DNA from: Candidatus Woesebacteria bacterium
Lineage (GTDB): Bacteria; Patescibacteriota; Microgenomatia; UBA8517
Assembly (NCBI GenBank): GCA_016700095.1
Contig: CP065002.1
Location: 28,074 to 92,073 of the forward strand
Reading direction: 5' to 3'
DNA length: 64,000 nt
Shown: positions 1 through 8,208 of the stretch, piece by piece
Position numbering within the stretch: position 1 is the first letter of the stretch
Layout of the letters: each line of letters starts with the position of its first letter
Program-made: the position numbers and the translations under genes
The notes under the pieces: model-generated
The model's database searches: none
The model's input: the letters and a program-made list of their open reading frames with translations, nothing else
What the model was told of the DNA's origin: nothing

Positions 1-697
1 CGGCAATAAATATTTTTAGGTTACTCGTAATCTTTTTATCGATATGGGTAATTGCTTCCAGCAAATATTTTATTCCTTTTTCGCGTGCAACTCTTCCCGC
101 AAACCCAATTTTGGGATGTATCCCTTTGTAAATTCTTGCCATTTTTTTCTTCGCCACAACAACCTTCACGGGAGGTAAAATATAAACCAATTTATCTTTG
201 AAGTGTTTCAAATAAACGGAACTATCGGCATAGTCCTTTGTGTAAACCACAATCTTATCTGCCAACATGCCACTAATCAACAGGGATAAATATGTTATCC
301 GTTCGGTAATTTGATTAATTAAACCAGGCCAGTTGGACAAATCGCAGTGATGAGTAATTATTACTTTTCTTCGGAGTAGTTTTGCTAATATAACCAGAAT
401 TACTATTTCAAATGATGGAATGTGACAATTAACGACATCTGCTTCTTTTACCGATTTGTAAGCTTCAAGTACATATGTTGGCATAATCGCCCCACGTCCA
501 ATTTTAAAAGGTGTCCACACTCTCTTCACCGAAACATTATTCTCCTTACTTTTATATTCCAACTCGCCGGTGTGTCTTGAAGTAATGACTTCCACCTTAT
601 GTCCCTGACTTGCCAAACTTTCGGCTAGATTTTTAGCGTATATCGAAAGTCCGCTTACATTGGGGTAATAATATGAAATTCCTATTAATATTCTCAT
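1..697 (-). CDS. Glycosyltransferase family 4 (GT4), N-terminal part; gene runs off the window start
   Basis: The minus-strand reading from ATG (complement of 695-697) gives MRILIGISYYYPNVSGLSIYAKNLAESLASQGHKVEVITSRH..., a typical GT4 N-terminal Rossmann domain. The ATG overlaps the stop of the upstream ORF (ATGA). It is absent from the ORF track only because no stop lies inside the window. Confidence 0.6.
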   Translation of the reverse strand, partial: MRILIGISYYYPNVSGLSIYAKNLAESLASQGHKVEVITSRHTGELEYKSKENNVSVKRVWTPFKIGRGAIMPTYVLEAYKSVKEADVVNCHIPSFEIVILVILAKLLRRKVIITHHCDLSNWPGLINQITERITYLSLLISGMLADKIVVYTKDYADSSVYLKHFKDKLVYILPPVKVVVAKKKMARIYKGIHPKIGFAGRVAREKGIKYLLEAITHIDKKITSNLKIFIA

Positions 698-1248
698 GAG
701 TTTACAAATCTCTTTAGTTTATTGTTTGATTTATCGACAACAACTGTTCTAAGATTTTTGAATCTTCTTTTCAAGTAATTAACTAGGGCTTTATCATCAT
801 CAATCAGAATATCAATTTTTAATTTATTGATCATCGCTTCTTTGAACACATGCGGTTGATCATCGTTTTCATTTAAATATATTTTTTCAAAAAGGTCGTT
901 TATTCCATAGTGATTGATCCATTGTTTTGTACGTTTAATTAAAAACGAATATCTACTTGAGACGGCAAAAACACAATATCTTTCATCCTCGGCAAGTTTT
1001 CTTATCAATGCGATGTTAGTGTTAATTGGTGGTCTAATAAGAGGGTGGTGACTCAAAATCCGCACATATTGCTCATACTTTTTAGGGAATCTATACTCTA
1101 GTTTTCTTTTTTTGTGTGATCTATAAAGCCATTCGATAATTTTTTGGGGTATTATCGGTGGTTTGTCGATAATTACTCCATCAAGGTCAATTCCAATATT
1201 TATTTTTGTTTTTGGATGCGCCATTAGAGTATTATACTGTATGTACAT
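694..1248 (-). CDS. HAD-superfamily hydrolase-like protein
   Basis: The N-terminal IGIDLDGVI matches the HAD motif I (DxDGV/T) and the size is ~180 aa. The true start may be the internal Met (MAHPKTK, ~1224). Stop-start coupled to the downstream GT4 gene. Confidence 0.45.
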   Translation of the reverse strand: MYIQYNTLMAHPKTKINIGIDLDGVIIDKPPIIPQKIIEWLYRSHKKRKLEYRFPKKYEQYVRILSHHPLIRPPINTNIALIRKLAEDERYCVFAVSSRYSFLIKRTKQWINHYGINDLFEKIYLNENDDQPHVFKEAMINKLKIDILIDDDKALVNYLKRRFKNLRTVVVDKSNNKLKRFVNS

Positions 1249-3373
1249 GGGATCTGATTCAACATATATTTTGTGGTGGTGGTTTCTGTTTCTATTTTTA
1301 AGTTTATCAAGTTTACCCTTGATGTCGTTATTGTTCCAAAAATTTCTTGATGTTGGTTATGGTTTTTCGAAAACACTTGGTCTCCTTTTCGTATCTTACT
1401 TAGTGTTTCTTGTGAGTATTTTTAAAATCGCTCCCTTCACGCAAATTACCATAGTTGCTGTTTTTATCTTGTATGCACTTTTCAATCTAATAATCTACAC
1501 TCGACACAAAAAAACAATCACCGACAACTTGCGCATCAAGATAAGGATTATTGTGGCTCAGGAAATTATTTTTACGACCGGATATTTGTATTGGGTACTC
1601 GTTAGAGGATACCAACCAGACATTAACGGTTTAGAAAAATTCATGGATTTTGGGTTCATTAATTCAATACTTAATTCGACATACTTACCACCGAAAGACA
1701 TGTGGTTTTCCGGAAGTTCAATAAATTACTACTGGTTTGGTCATTATGTAACTGCACTTATCACTAAAATATCGTTTATACCATCAAGCGTAACTTACAA
1801 TTTGATGTTGGCAACGATTATGGGATTAACTCTCAATGGTGCATTTTCGATTTCGGGCACTCTAGTCACATTGCTTGGGAGTAAAGTTAAAATCAGATAT
1901 GCGTTTGCTGCCGGTATATTGTCTGCCCTAATGCTTACTTTTGCCGGTAATTTCCATACCCTGTTTTTTTACGGGCGAAGTTATTATCAAAGTCTTCAGT
2001 CCACCACCAACTGTAGTACGCTGAATGAGTGTATCGAGTCTGTCTTGAACCATGAGGTAAATTATTGGTATCCTGATGCCACTCGGTTTATTGGATATGA
2101 CCCCGAAACAAACGATAAAACAATTCACGAATTCCCCATGTATTCTTTTGTCGTGTCAGATCTTCATGCACACTTACTGAACCTTCCTTTTGTTTTGCTG
2201 TTACTTGCATTGTTAACCAAGTTTGTATTTGTTAAAAACAAACTGTTTAATCTTTCGCTAGCAGTTTTACCGGTTGGTGTACTTTTGGGGATATTCTTTA
2301 TGACAAACACTTGGGATGTCGGAAATTATCTGCTGGTTACCGGTTTGGTGTTGGGTATTTTAAATCTCCATTACAAATTACTTAATCAAAAAAAATTGCT
2401 AAAAGCGCTGTTTTTAGCTATTTATGAAACGTTGATTCTCCTAATTGTTGCCATCATTGTTGCCGTCATTGTTTTTTTCCCTTTCTATGTCAACTTTATA
2501 TCAATAGCACAAGGGCTGGATTTCGTAAAATCGTATACTCCGGTCTGGCAACTCCTTGTTTTATGGGGTCTTCCAATAATGTTAACACTTAGCATGGCCA
2601 GTGTTTTAGTTAAGTCCAAAAAAATTTCAAATATCACGAGGGTGGATGTGTATGTTTTTTCTTTACTAATCGCGTCGCTTATTTTAATAGTAATTCCGGA
2701 AGTTGTTTTTCTTAAAGATATCTACTCGGCAACTCACCACAGGGCAAATACAATGTTTAAACTAACGTATCAAGCATTTGTTTTAAGCTACTTGGTAAGC
2801 GGCTATGTCGCTATCAGGGCAACACTTGCGCCAAAAAAGAAAGCATCAAAAATTGGAATAATTATTTTCTTTGGAATTATATATTCACTACTTCTACAAT
2901 ATCCTCGCTTTTCTATCGATTCATATTACGCCAAATTACAAGACTATAAGGGCACTGCGGGGGACACATGGCTTAAATATAGTTATCCCGACGAATATAA
3001 TATAATACAGTGGTTAAACTCCAATAAAACAGGTCAACCAACGATATTGGAAGCACCCGGTGATAGTTATACCGATTTCAACGTCATATCGTCTTACACC
3101 GGATTGCCAACCGTGTCGGGGTGGTATGTGCATGAATGGCTCTGGAGAGGTGATGCCTCATTTCCGCAAAATAGGGTGAACGATATTGCCATAATATATA
3201 CATCACCTGATGTAACACTTGTCAAAAGTCTTCTGGAAAAATATCAAGTGAAATACATTATTGTCGGAACATTTGAAAGACAGAAATATTTAAATGTTAA
3301 TACTTATGTATTTGAAGGGATAGCTAAAAAAGTGTTTCAATCGGGAGCTTCATTAATATACGAGGTAATCTGA
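1241..3373 (+). CDS. Large polytopic membrane protein with C-terminal extracytoplasmic domain (GT-C-like glycosyltransferase or related envelope protein)
   Basis: About 12 predicted TM helices are followed by a ~200 aa soluble C-terminal domain. The start was moved to the in-frame ATG at 1241 to avoid an 85-nt overlap with the divergent gene. Confidence 0.5.
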   Translation: MYMGSDSTYILWWWFLFLFLSLSSLPLMSLLFQKFLDVGYGFSKTLGLLFVSYLVFLVSIFKIAPFTQITIVAVFILYALFNLIIYTRHKKTITDNLRIKIRIIVAQEIIFTTGYLYWVLVRGYQPDINGLEKFMDFGFINSILNSTYLPPKDMWFSGSSINYYWFGHYVTALITKISFIPSSVTYNLMLATIMGLTLNGAFSISGTLVTLLGSKVKIRYAFAAGILSALMLTFAGNFHTLFFYGRSYYQSLQSTTNCSTLNECIESVLNHEVNYWYPDATRFIGYDPETNDKTIHEFPMYSFVVSDLHAHLLNLPFVLLLLALLTKFVFVKNKLFNLSLAVLPVGVLLGIFFMTNTWDVGNYLLVTGLVLGILNLHYKLLNQKKLLKALFLAIYETLILLIVAIIVAVIVFFPFYVNFISIAQGLDFVKSYTPVWQLLVLWGLPIMLTLSMASVLVKSKKISNITRVDVYVFSLLIASLILIVIPEVVFLKDIYSATHHRANTMFKLTYQAFVLSYLVSGYVAIRATLAPKKKASKIGIIIFFGIIYSLLLQYPRFSIDSYYAKLQDYKGTAGDTWLKYSYPDEYNIIQWLNSNKTGQPTILEAPGDSYTDFNVISSYTGLPTVSGWYVHEWLWRGDASFPQNRVNDIAIIYTSPDVTLVKSLLEKYQVKYIIVGTFERQKYLNVNTYVFEGIAKKVFQSGASLIYEVI

Positions 3374-3386
3374 ATCTCCACTTATT

Positions 3387-4550
3387 TCACCAGTTATGTG
3401 TTAAATTACAATTCTCATTTATTTGACAATCTGCCCATGTATGAACTTCATTCCAAACAAATTTACCATCCTCGGTAATGATACGTGGTGTAAATACATA
3501 TAGATTATCGTAATCAGGACTAATTTGAGGGTTAATCAATAGATCTTCCGGAATTACATTTGTCGACATATCATCTTGTGCTTCGTATATTCGTCGTGCC
3601 AATATTGCAAGTGCACTTGGATCCAGGGTGGTCTGCGTGTGGTATGTGACTATGTCGATAAGTGAACGAATTTTTTTTGGTGACAGCAATATTTCTTTGC
3701 TTAATACCTTTTCTTCTATGCTTTTTATTATCGCTTGTTGACGTAGACTGCGTGCAAAATCAGTACCCTCATCTCCATCGGCATTTCTTGAGCGTACATA
3801 CTTGAGAGCTAAGGCGCCATCCATGTGTTTAACACCCTTTTCAAAGACGATGGTTTCATACCTGCACATTAAACTTACGTCTCCGTTACAATCGTCGTTC
3901 TCCCTACCTTTTATCGGATATTTGTTGTCAACAAAAGCATTTTTGACATCAACCTCTATTCCACCAATTTCATCGATTATTTTTTCAAACACCGTGAAAT
4001 CAACAACCACGCTATAATGAACCGGTTGCCCCAATACCTCTTCTACAGCCGACTCGGCTAGTACAATTCCTCCGCCGGCTTGTTTTTTGTTTCCCCAATA
4101 GTAAGCACTATTTAACTTAGCTCTTAACTCAGGTATCCAAATATCTCTTGGTAGTGATATCATAACAATTTTTGATCGAGTGTGGTTCACGGAGACAAAC
4201 ATCATCGTGTCAGTCAGCTCCGGCGCTTCATGACCTTCACCACCTTTCCCTAAAATCAATATGTTTGTTTTGGAGTCATTGCTTTGCATCTTTTCGACTG
4301 GAGCAAATATAAAATCGGACGCTAATGACAAATAAAAGTCGGCCCCTGTCGTTTTTAAAATTAATCCTATAAATAAAACGACCAGATATACTAGCGCTAT
4401 AAATCCAAGAACAAGTGACGTCCTGATAACCCAAACATGCTTAAAAAGCTTTCTTTTTAGTTTAATAATAAACCTGTTTTTTCTTTTGGTTTGTTTACCA
4501 AGTGGCAACGGTGTCTTGTCAATTGTTTGGCTATGCGGTGTGTTGTCCAT
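3387..4550 (-). CDS. LytR-CpsA-Psr (LCP) family cell-envelope polymer transferase
   Basis: A single N-terminal TM is followed by ILILGKGGEGHEAPELTDTMMFVSVNHTRSKIVMISLPRDIWIP, the LCP-family core. Confidence 0.75.
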   Translation of the reverse strand: MDNTPHSQTIDKTPLPLGKQTKRKNRFIIKLKRKLFKHVWVIRTSLVLGFIALVYLVVLFIGLILKTTGADFYLSLASDFIFAPVEKMQSNDSKTNILILGKGGEGHEAPELTDTMMFVSVNHTRSKIVMISLPRDIWIPELRAKLNSAYYWGNKKQAGGGIVLAESAVEEVLGQPVHYSVVVDFTVFEKIIDEIGGIEVDVKNAFVDNKYPIKGRENDDCNGDVSLMCRYETIVFEKGVKHMDGALALKYVRSRNADGDEGTDFARSLRQQAIIKSIEEKVLSKEILLSPKKIRSLIDIVTYHTQTTLDPSALAILARRIYEAQDDMSTNVIPEDLLINPQISPDYDNLYVFTPRIITEDGKFVWNEVHTWADCQINENCNLTHNW

Positions 4551-4619
4551 GTTAGAATAATAAACACTTGCGGAAGTGCTCTTTGTATTAAGTCGCTACT
4601 AATTGTAAAGTGTAAAGCG

Positions 4620-6476
4620 ATGGCAAACAAGTTACTTGAAAATTTAAATACCAAACAACAAGAGGCGGTTGTATTTAGCGGCGGACCTTTACTTATTTTG
4701 GCTGGTGCAGGTAGTGGTAAAACACGAGTATTGACTCATCGAGCAGCATGGTTTGTAGAAAATAAAATTGCCAAACCGCAAAATATTTTACTGCTTACTT
4801 TTACCAACAAAGCAGCAGGTGAAATGAAAGACAGAATAGACAAGCTTACAAACAATGCCCCTTCTTTCGCGGGTACTTTTCATTCATTTTGCGTGCGACT
4901 ACTGCGCACCGACGGTGTAAAGATCGGCATACCCTCGCAATTTATCATCTACGATGAAACCGACCGCAAAGACGCAATTCGAGAAGTTCTTGACAAATTG
5001 GACATCTCCGACGATTCATACAAGCCAGCTTCAATTGCGCATCAGATTTCCGATGCCAAGAGCCAAATGTTAACACCCCTTGCTTACTCCGAGATAGTAA
5101 GAGGTGAATTCCAGGAAGTTGTTTTTAAGGTGTACTTGGAATATGAAAAAATGCTTAAAGAAATCGGAGCATTGGATTTTGACGATTTGTTGTTAAACGG
5201 AGTACGGCTTCTCAAGGAAGATCTGCCGACAAGGGACAAATGGCAAAAACAATTGACTCACATTCTAGTTGATGAATGGCAAGACACCAATAAAATTCAA
5301 TACAATCTCACCAAACTTCTTGTCGGAAAGGGAAATAATATAACTGCAGTTGGAGACGCCAGCCAATCTATCTATTCCTGGCGCGGAGCCGATTACAAAA
5401 ATATTAATTATTTAATGGATGATTATCCGGGCATAAAAGTAATCAACCTTGAGAGAAACTACCGATCAACCGAAAACATATTAAGCGCAGCTAATTCGAT
5501 TATTAAAAAAAATCAGAGCCATCCAGTTTTGGAACTTTGGACTGAAAAAGGAAAGGGTGAAAAAATTAAATTGTATAGAGCAGGAAACGGTTTGGATGAG
5601 GCACAGTTTGTTGTCGACGAAATCCAAAAACTGACTAAACTAAACAAACAAAGTACATTAAGTGATTATGCAATTTTGTATAGAACAAATGCGCAATCAC
5701 GCGTACTCGAGGAAGCTCTTCTACATGCAGGCGTACCATATACCCTAGTGGGGGGAACAAATTTCTATGATCGCCGTGAAGTCAAAGACATTATCGGATA
5801 TTTGAGACTGTTAATAAACGACAAGGACACGGTCTCTCGAAAAAGAATCGAAAAATTGGGTAAAAATCGCCTCAAGAGTTTTGACAATTTCACAAGCAGT
5901 ATAGCAAAAAAAATTACTTCACTAACGACCATTGAAATTATGGATGGATTAATCGCAAGTATAAACTATCTTGAGAAGTTTAAAAGAGATTCGGAGGAGA
6001 ATCTCCAAAGACTGGAGAATATCAAAGAGTTGCGAAGTGTAGCTAGTGAATTTCCAGTTCTTTCGGATTTTCTGGAAAACGTAAGCCTGGTTGAAGCTGA
6101 ACAAAAAAGTAAAAACACAATCGACTCAATACTGGGTGAGGCTGAAGGCAGGGTTACACTTATGACCCTGCATGCCGCCAAGGGTCTAGAATATCCGGTT
6201 GTTTTTATGGTCGGCATGGAAGAAGGGCTCTTTCCTCATTCCAGAAGCTTGTGGGATATAAACGAATTGGAAGAAGAACGAAGACTTGCCTATGTGGGTA
6301 TAACACGTGCCATGAACACTCTTTACCTTACCTTTGCAAACCGCAGGCTTTACTTTGGCCTAAGAACTTCAAATCCTCCGTCCAGATTTATTATTGACAT
6401 TCCCGAAGAGTTAATTGAAAGCTCAGTGGACACATCTTTCATTGACAGATCCTTTGATCCATCGCAAAACTTCTAA
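4620..6476 (+). CDS. pcrA: ATP-dependent DNA helicase, UvrD/PcrA family (short form)
   Basis: From MANKLLENLNTKQQEAVVFSGGPLLILAGAGSGKTRVLTHRAAW (Walker A, motif I), UvrD motifs continue through VDEWQDTN (motif II) and the YRS/GG motifs. The 43-codon N-terminal extension in the ORF track is not protein-like. Confidence 0.8.
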   Translation: MANKLLENLNTKQQEAVVFSGGPLLILAGAGSGKTRVLTHRAAWFVENKIAKPQNILLLTFTNKAAGEMKDRIDKLTNNAPSFAGTFHSFCVRLLRTDGVKIGIPSQFIIYDETDRKDAIREVLDKLDISDDSYKPASIAHQISDAKSQMLTPLAYSEIVRGEFQEVVFKVYLEYEKMLKEIGALDFDDLLLNGVRLLKEDLPTRDKWQKQLTHILVDEWQDTNKIQYNLTKLLVGKGNNITAVGDASQSIYSWRGADYKNINYLMDDYPGIKVINLERNYRSTENILSAANSIIKKNQSHPVLELWTEKGKGEKIKLYRAGNGLDEAQFVVDEIQKLTKLNKQSTLSDYAILYRTNAQSRVLEEALLHAGVPYTLVGGTNFYDRREVKDIIGYLRLLINDKDTVSRKRIEKLGKNRLKSFDNFTSSIAKKITSLTTIEIMDGLIASINYLEKFKRDSEENLQRLENIKELRSVASEFPVLSDFLENVSLVEAEQKSKNTIDSILGEAEGRVTLMTLHAAKGLEYPVVFMVGMEEGLFPHSRSLWDINELEEERRLAYVGITRAMNTLYLTFANRRLYFGLRTSNPPSRFIIDIPEELIESSVDTSFIDRSFDPSQNF

Positions 6477-6755
6477 CGTTCTTAAACACAAGATGTGACC
6501 AATCCATAACTAGGTTGTTCGGGTCAAATAAAGCATTTCCAGCAAGCTTCTTCATTGGTAACAAATATTAATACAAAGGCTTTACCTTAACTGCTGATTC
6601 GGACATTAAACAAAAATTAACCAGTTTGCCATCACCGCAGTACATCCACTTACACACTAAAGGATTCCGATAACTAAACACTAACGCCTATATGAAATCT
6701 GTTGATACTGATTTGCTCCATCAACACTTCCAAGGCTCCTAAGGTATAATAACTT

Positions 6756-7715
6756 ATGACCCCAAACAAATCAGAAATAAACAAAGTCGCTACTCACCCT
6801 TTGCAATCGTGGGAATGGGGGGAGTTTAGAAAAGAGTGGGGCAACGAGGTTGTCAGGCTTCCTTTTGGTCAGCTAATGCTACATAAAATTCCAAAAACAA
6901 ATTACAAAGTTGCTACCTTTATCAAAGGTCCTAAACCAAACCAGTCTCAGTTAGACACACTTAAAAAAATCGCCAAGGAAAACAATTATATATTTATTAA
7001 GCTTGAACCAAATATCAGGCATAACAAAAATAGCGAAATATTGTTAAAAAAATCAAACGCCAGACAGGGCAAGACGCTTTTTACTCCCACCACCTTCTGG
7101 ATAGATTTAACAAGAAATGAAGACGATGTAATGAAATCATTTGAATCTAAGACTCGCTACAATATTCGTCTTGCTCAAAAAAACGGCGTAGAAGTTGTTG
7201 AGGATAACTCCGGCAAGGCTTTTGAGAAATATCTTAAATTAACAAAAGAAACGGTAGAACGTCAAAAGTTTTATGCTCATTCAGAAAAATATCACAGACT
7301 CATGTGGGAACATTTACACACCTCAATGTCCGTTAACCCAATAGCAAGACTATTAACAGCCAAATACCGAGGAGAAATCATAACAACGTGGATCGTTTTT
7401 GTTTGGAAAGATTTTCTTTATTATCCGTACGGAGCGTCGACCTTCAAGCACAAAAATATCATGGCCAACAATCTCATGATGTGGGAAGCAATAAGGTATG
7501 GACAAAAAAACAACTTAAAAACTTTTGATCTTTGGGGGCGAGAGCCCGGTAAGGGGTTTACAAAGTTCAAGGAAGGTTATAAGCCCGAAATTGTTAGATT
7601 TATTGGCACATGGGACCTCGTTACCAGCAAACTTTATTCCACCTATAAACTCATCGATCAGACTAGGTGGTTTTTTCTTAGAAATAAAGCCAAGATCTCC
7701 AGGCCTACTTTTTAA
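6756..7715 (+). CDS. FemAB-family peptidyltransferase-like protein (peptidoglycan interpeptide bridge formation)
   Basis: The size and the C-terminal LYYPYGASTFKHKNIMANNLMMWEAIRYGQKNNLKTFDLWG resemble the FemX/FemAB (GNAT-fold) signature YxYAGS...YY. Confidence 0.55.
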   Translation: MTPNKSEINKVATHPLQSWEWGEFRKEWGNEVVRLPFGQLMLHKIPKTNYKVATFIKGPKPNQSQLDTLKKIAKENNYIFIKLEPNIRHNKNSEILLKKSNARQGKTLFTPTTFWIDLTRNEDDVMKSFESKTRYNIRLAQKNGVEVVEDNSGKAFEKYLKLTKETVERQKFYAHSEKYHRLMWEHLHTSMSVNPIARLLTAKYRGEIITTWIVFVWKDFLYYPYGASTFKHKNIMANNLMMWEAIRYGQKNNLKTFDLWGREPGKGFTKFKEGYKPEIVRFIGTWDLVTSKLYSTYKLIDQTRWFFLRNKAKISRPTF

Positions 7716-8208
7716 TATTGCAATTACCAACCCTAATCAAAATAGAAGGGGAGAGGTCAGTGGTAATTAGGATAGCTGCTTAAAATTTAAAAAGGAAAAT
7801 AATTTCTTAGTGCAACTTAAGTTGGCATATTAATTATTGTATTAATGTTAAATAAGTCGAAACACAAGTTTCACAAACAAAGATTGTTAATTGTTTTCAC
7901 GATATGTATATATTATTCTTTCACGCGATGCGTTTATTGTTGCCCGAGTTATCCACAAACATCAAATAATATATACGTCGCACAATAATTGTGTTGATAT
8001 AGTTAGATATATCCTATAATTAAGTAACTGAATTAATCAACCACAGGAACTTGAAACAGTAATACCGGTGTCACATTATTTTTCAAAGCTTTCCCCTCTT
8101 CCCCACCTCCGGCATGGTCCACTTTGTCACCCGTTTCCACACACTAAAGAATCAGTGTAAGCTTATTACGTCGTACAATATTAATTTAATATAATCTCTG
8201 GGGACTTT

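Noticed and set aside
1163-1240. Upstream extension of the 736-aa membrane-protein ORF
   Set aside because: It would overlap the divergent HAD-like gene by 85 nt. The in-frame ATG at 1241 gives a normal arrangement.
4491-4619. 43-codon N-terminal extension of the helicase ORF
   Set aside because: It is Cys-rich and not protein-like, and it overlaps the LCP gene. The conserved helicase N-terminus starts at MANKLL (4620).
7949-7957. Perfect DnaA box as evidence of a second origin
   Set aside because: A single 9-mer is expected about 0.5 times by chance in 2 x 64 kb. Without clustering it cannot be called an origin. It is kept only as a low-interest note.
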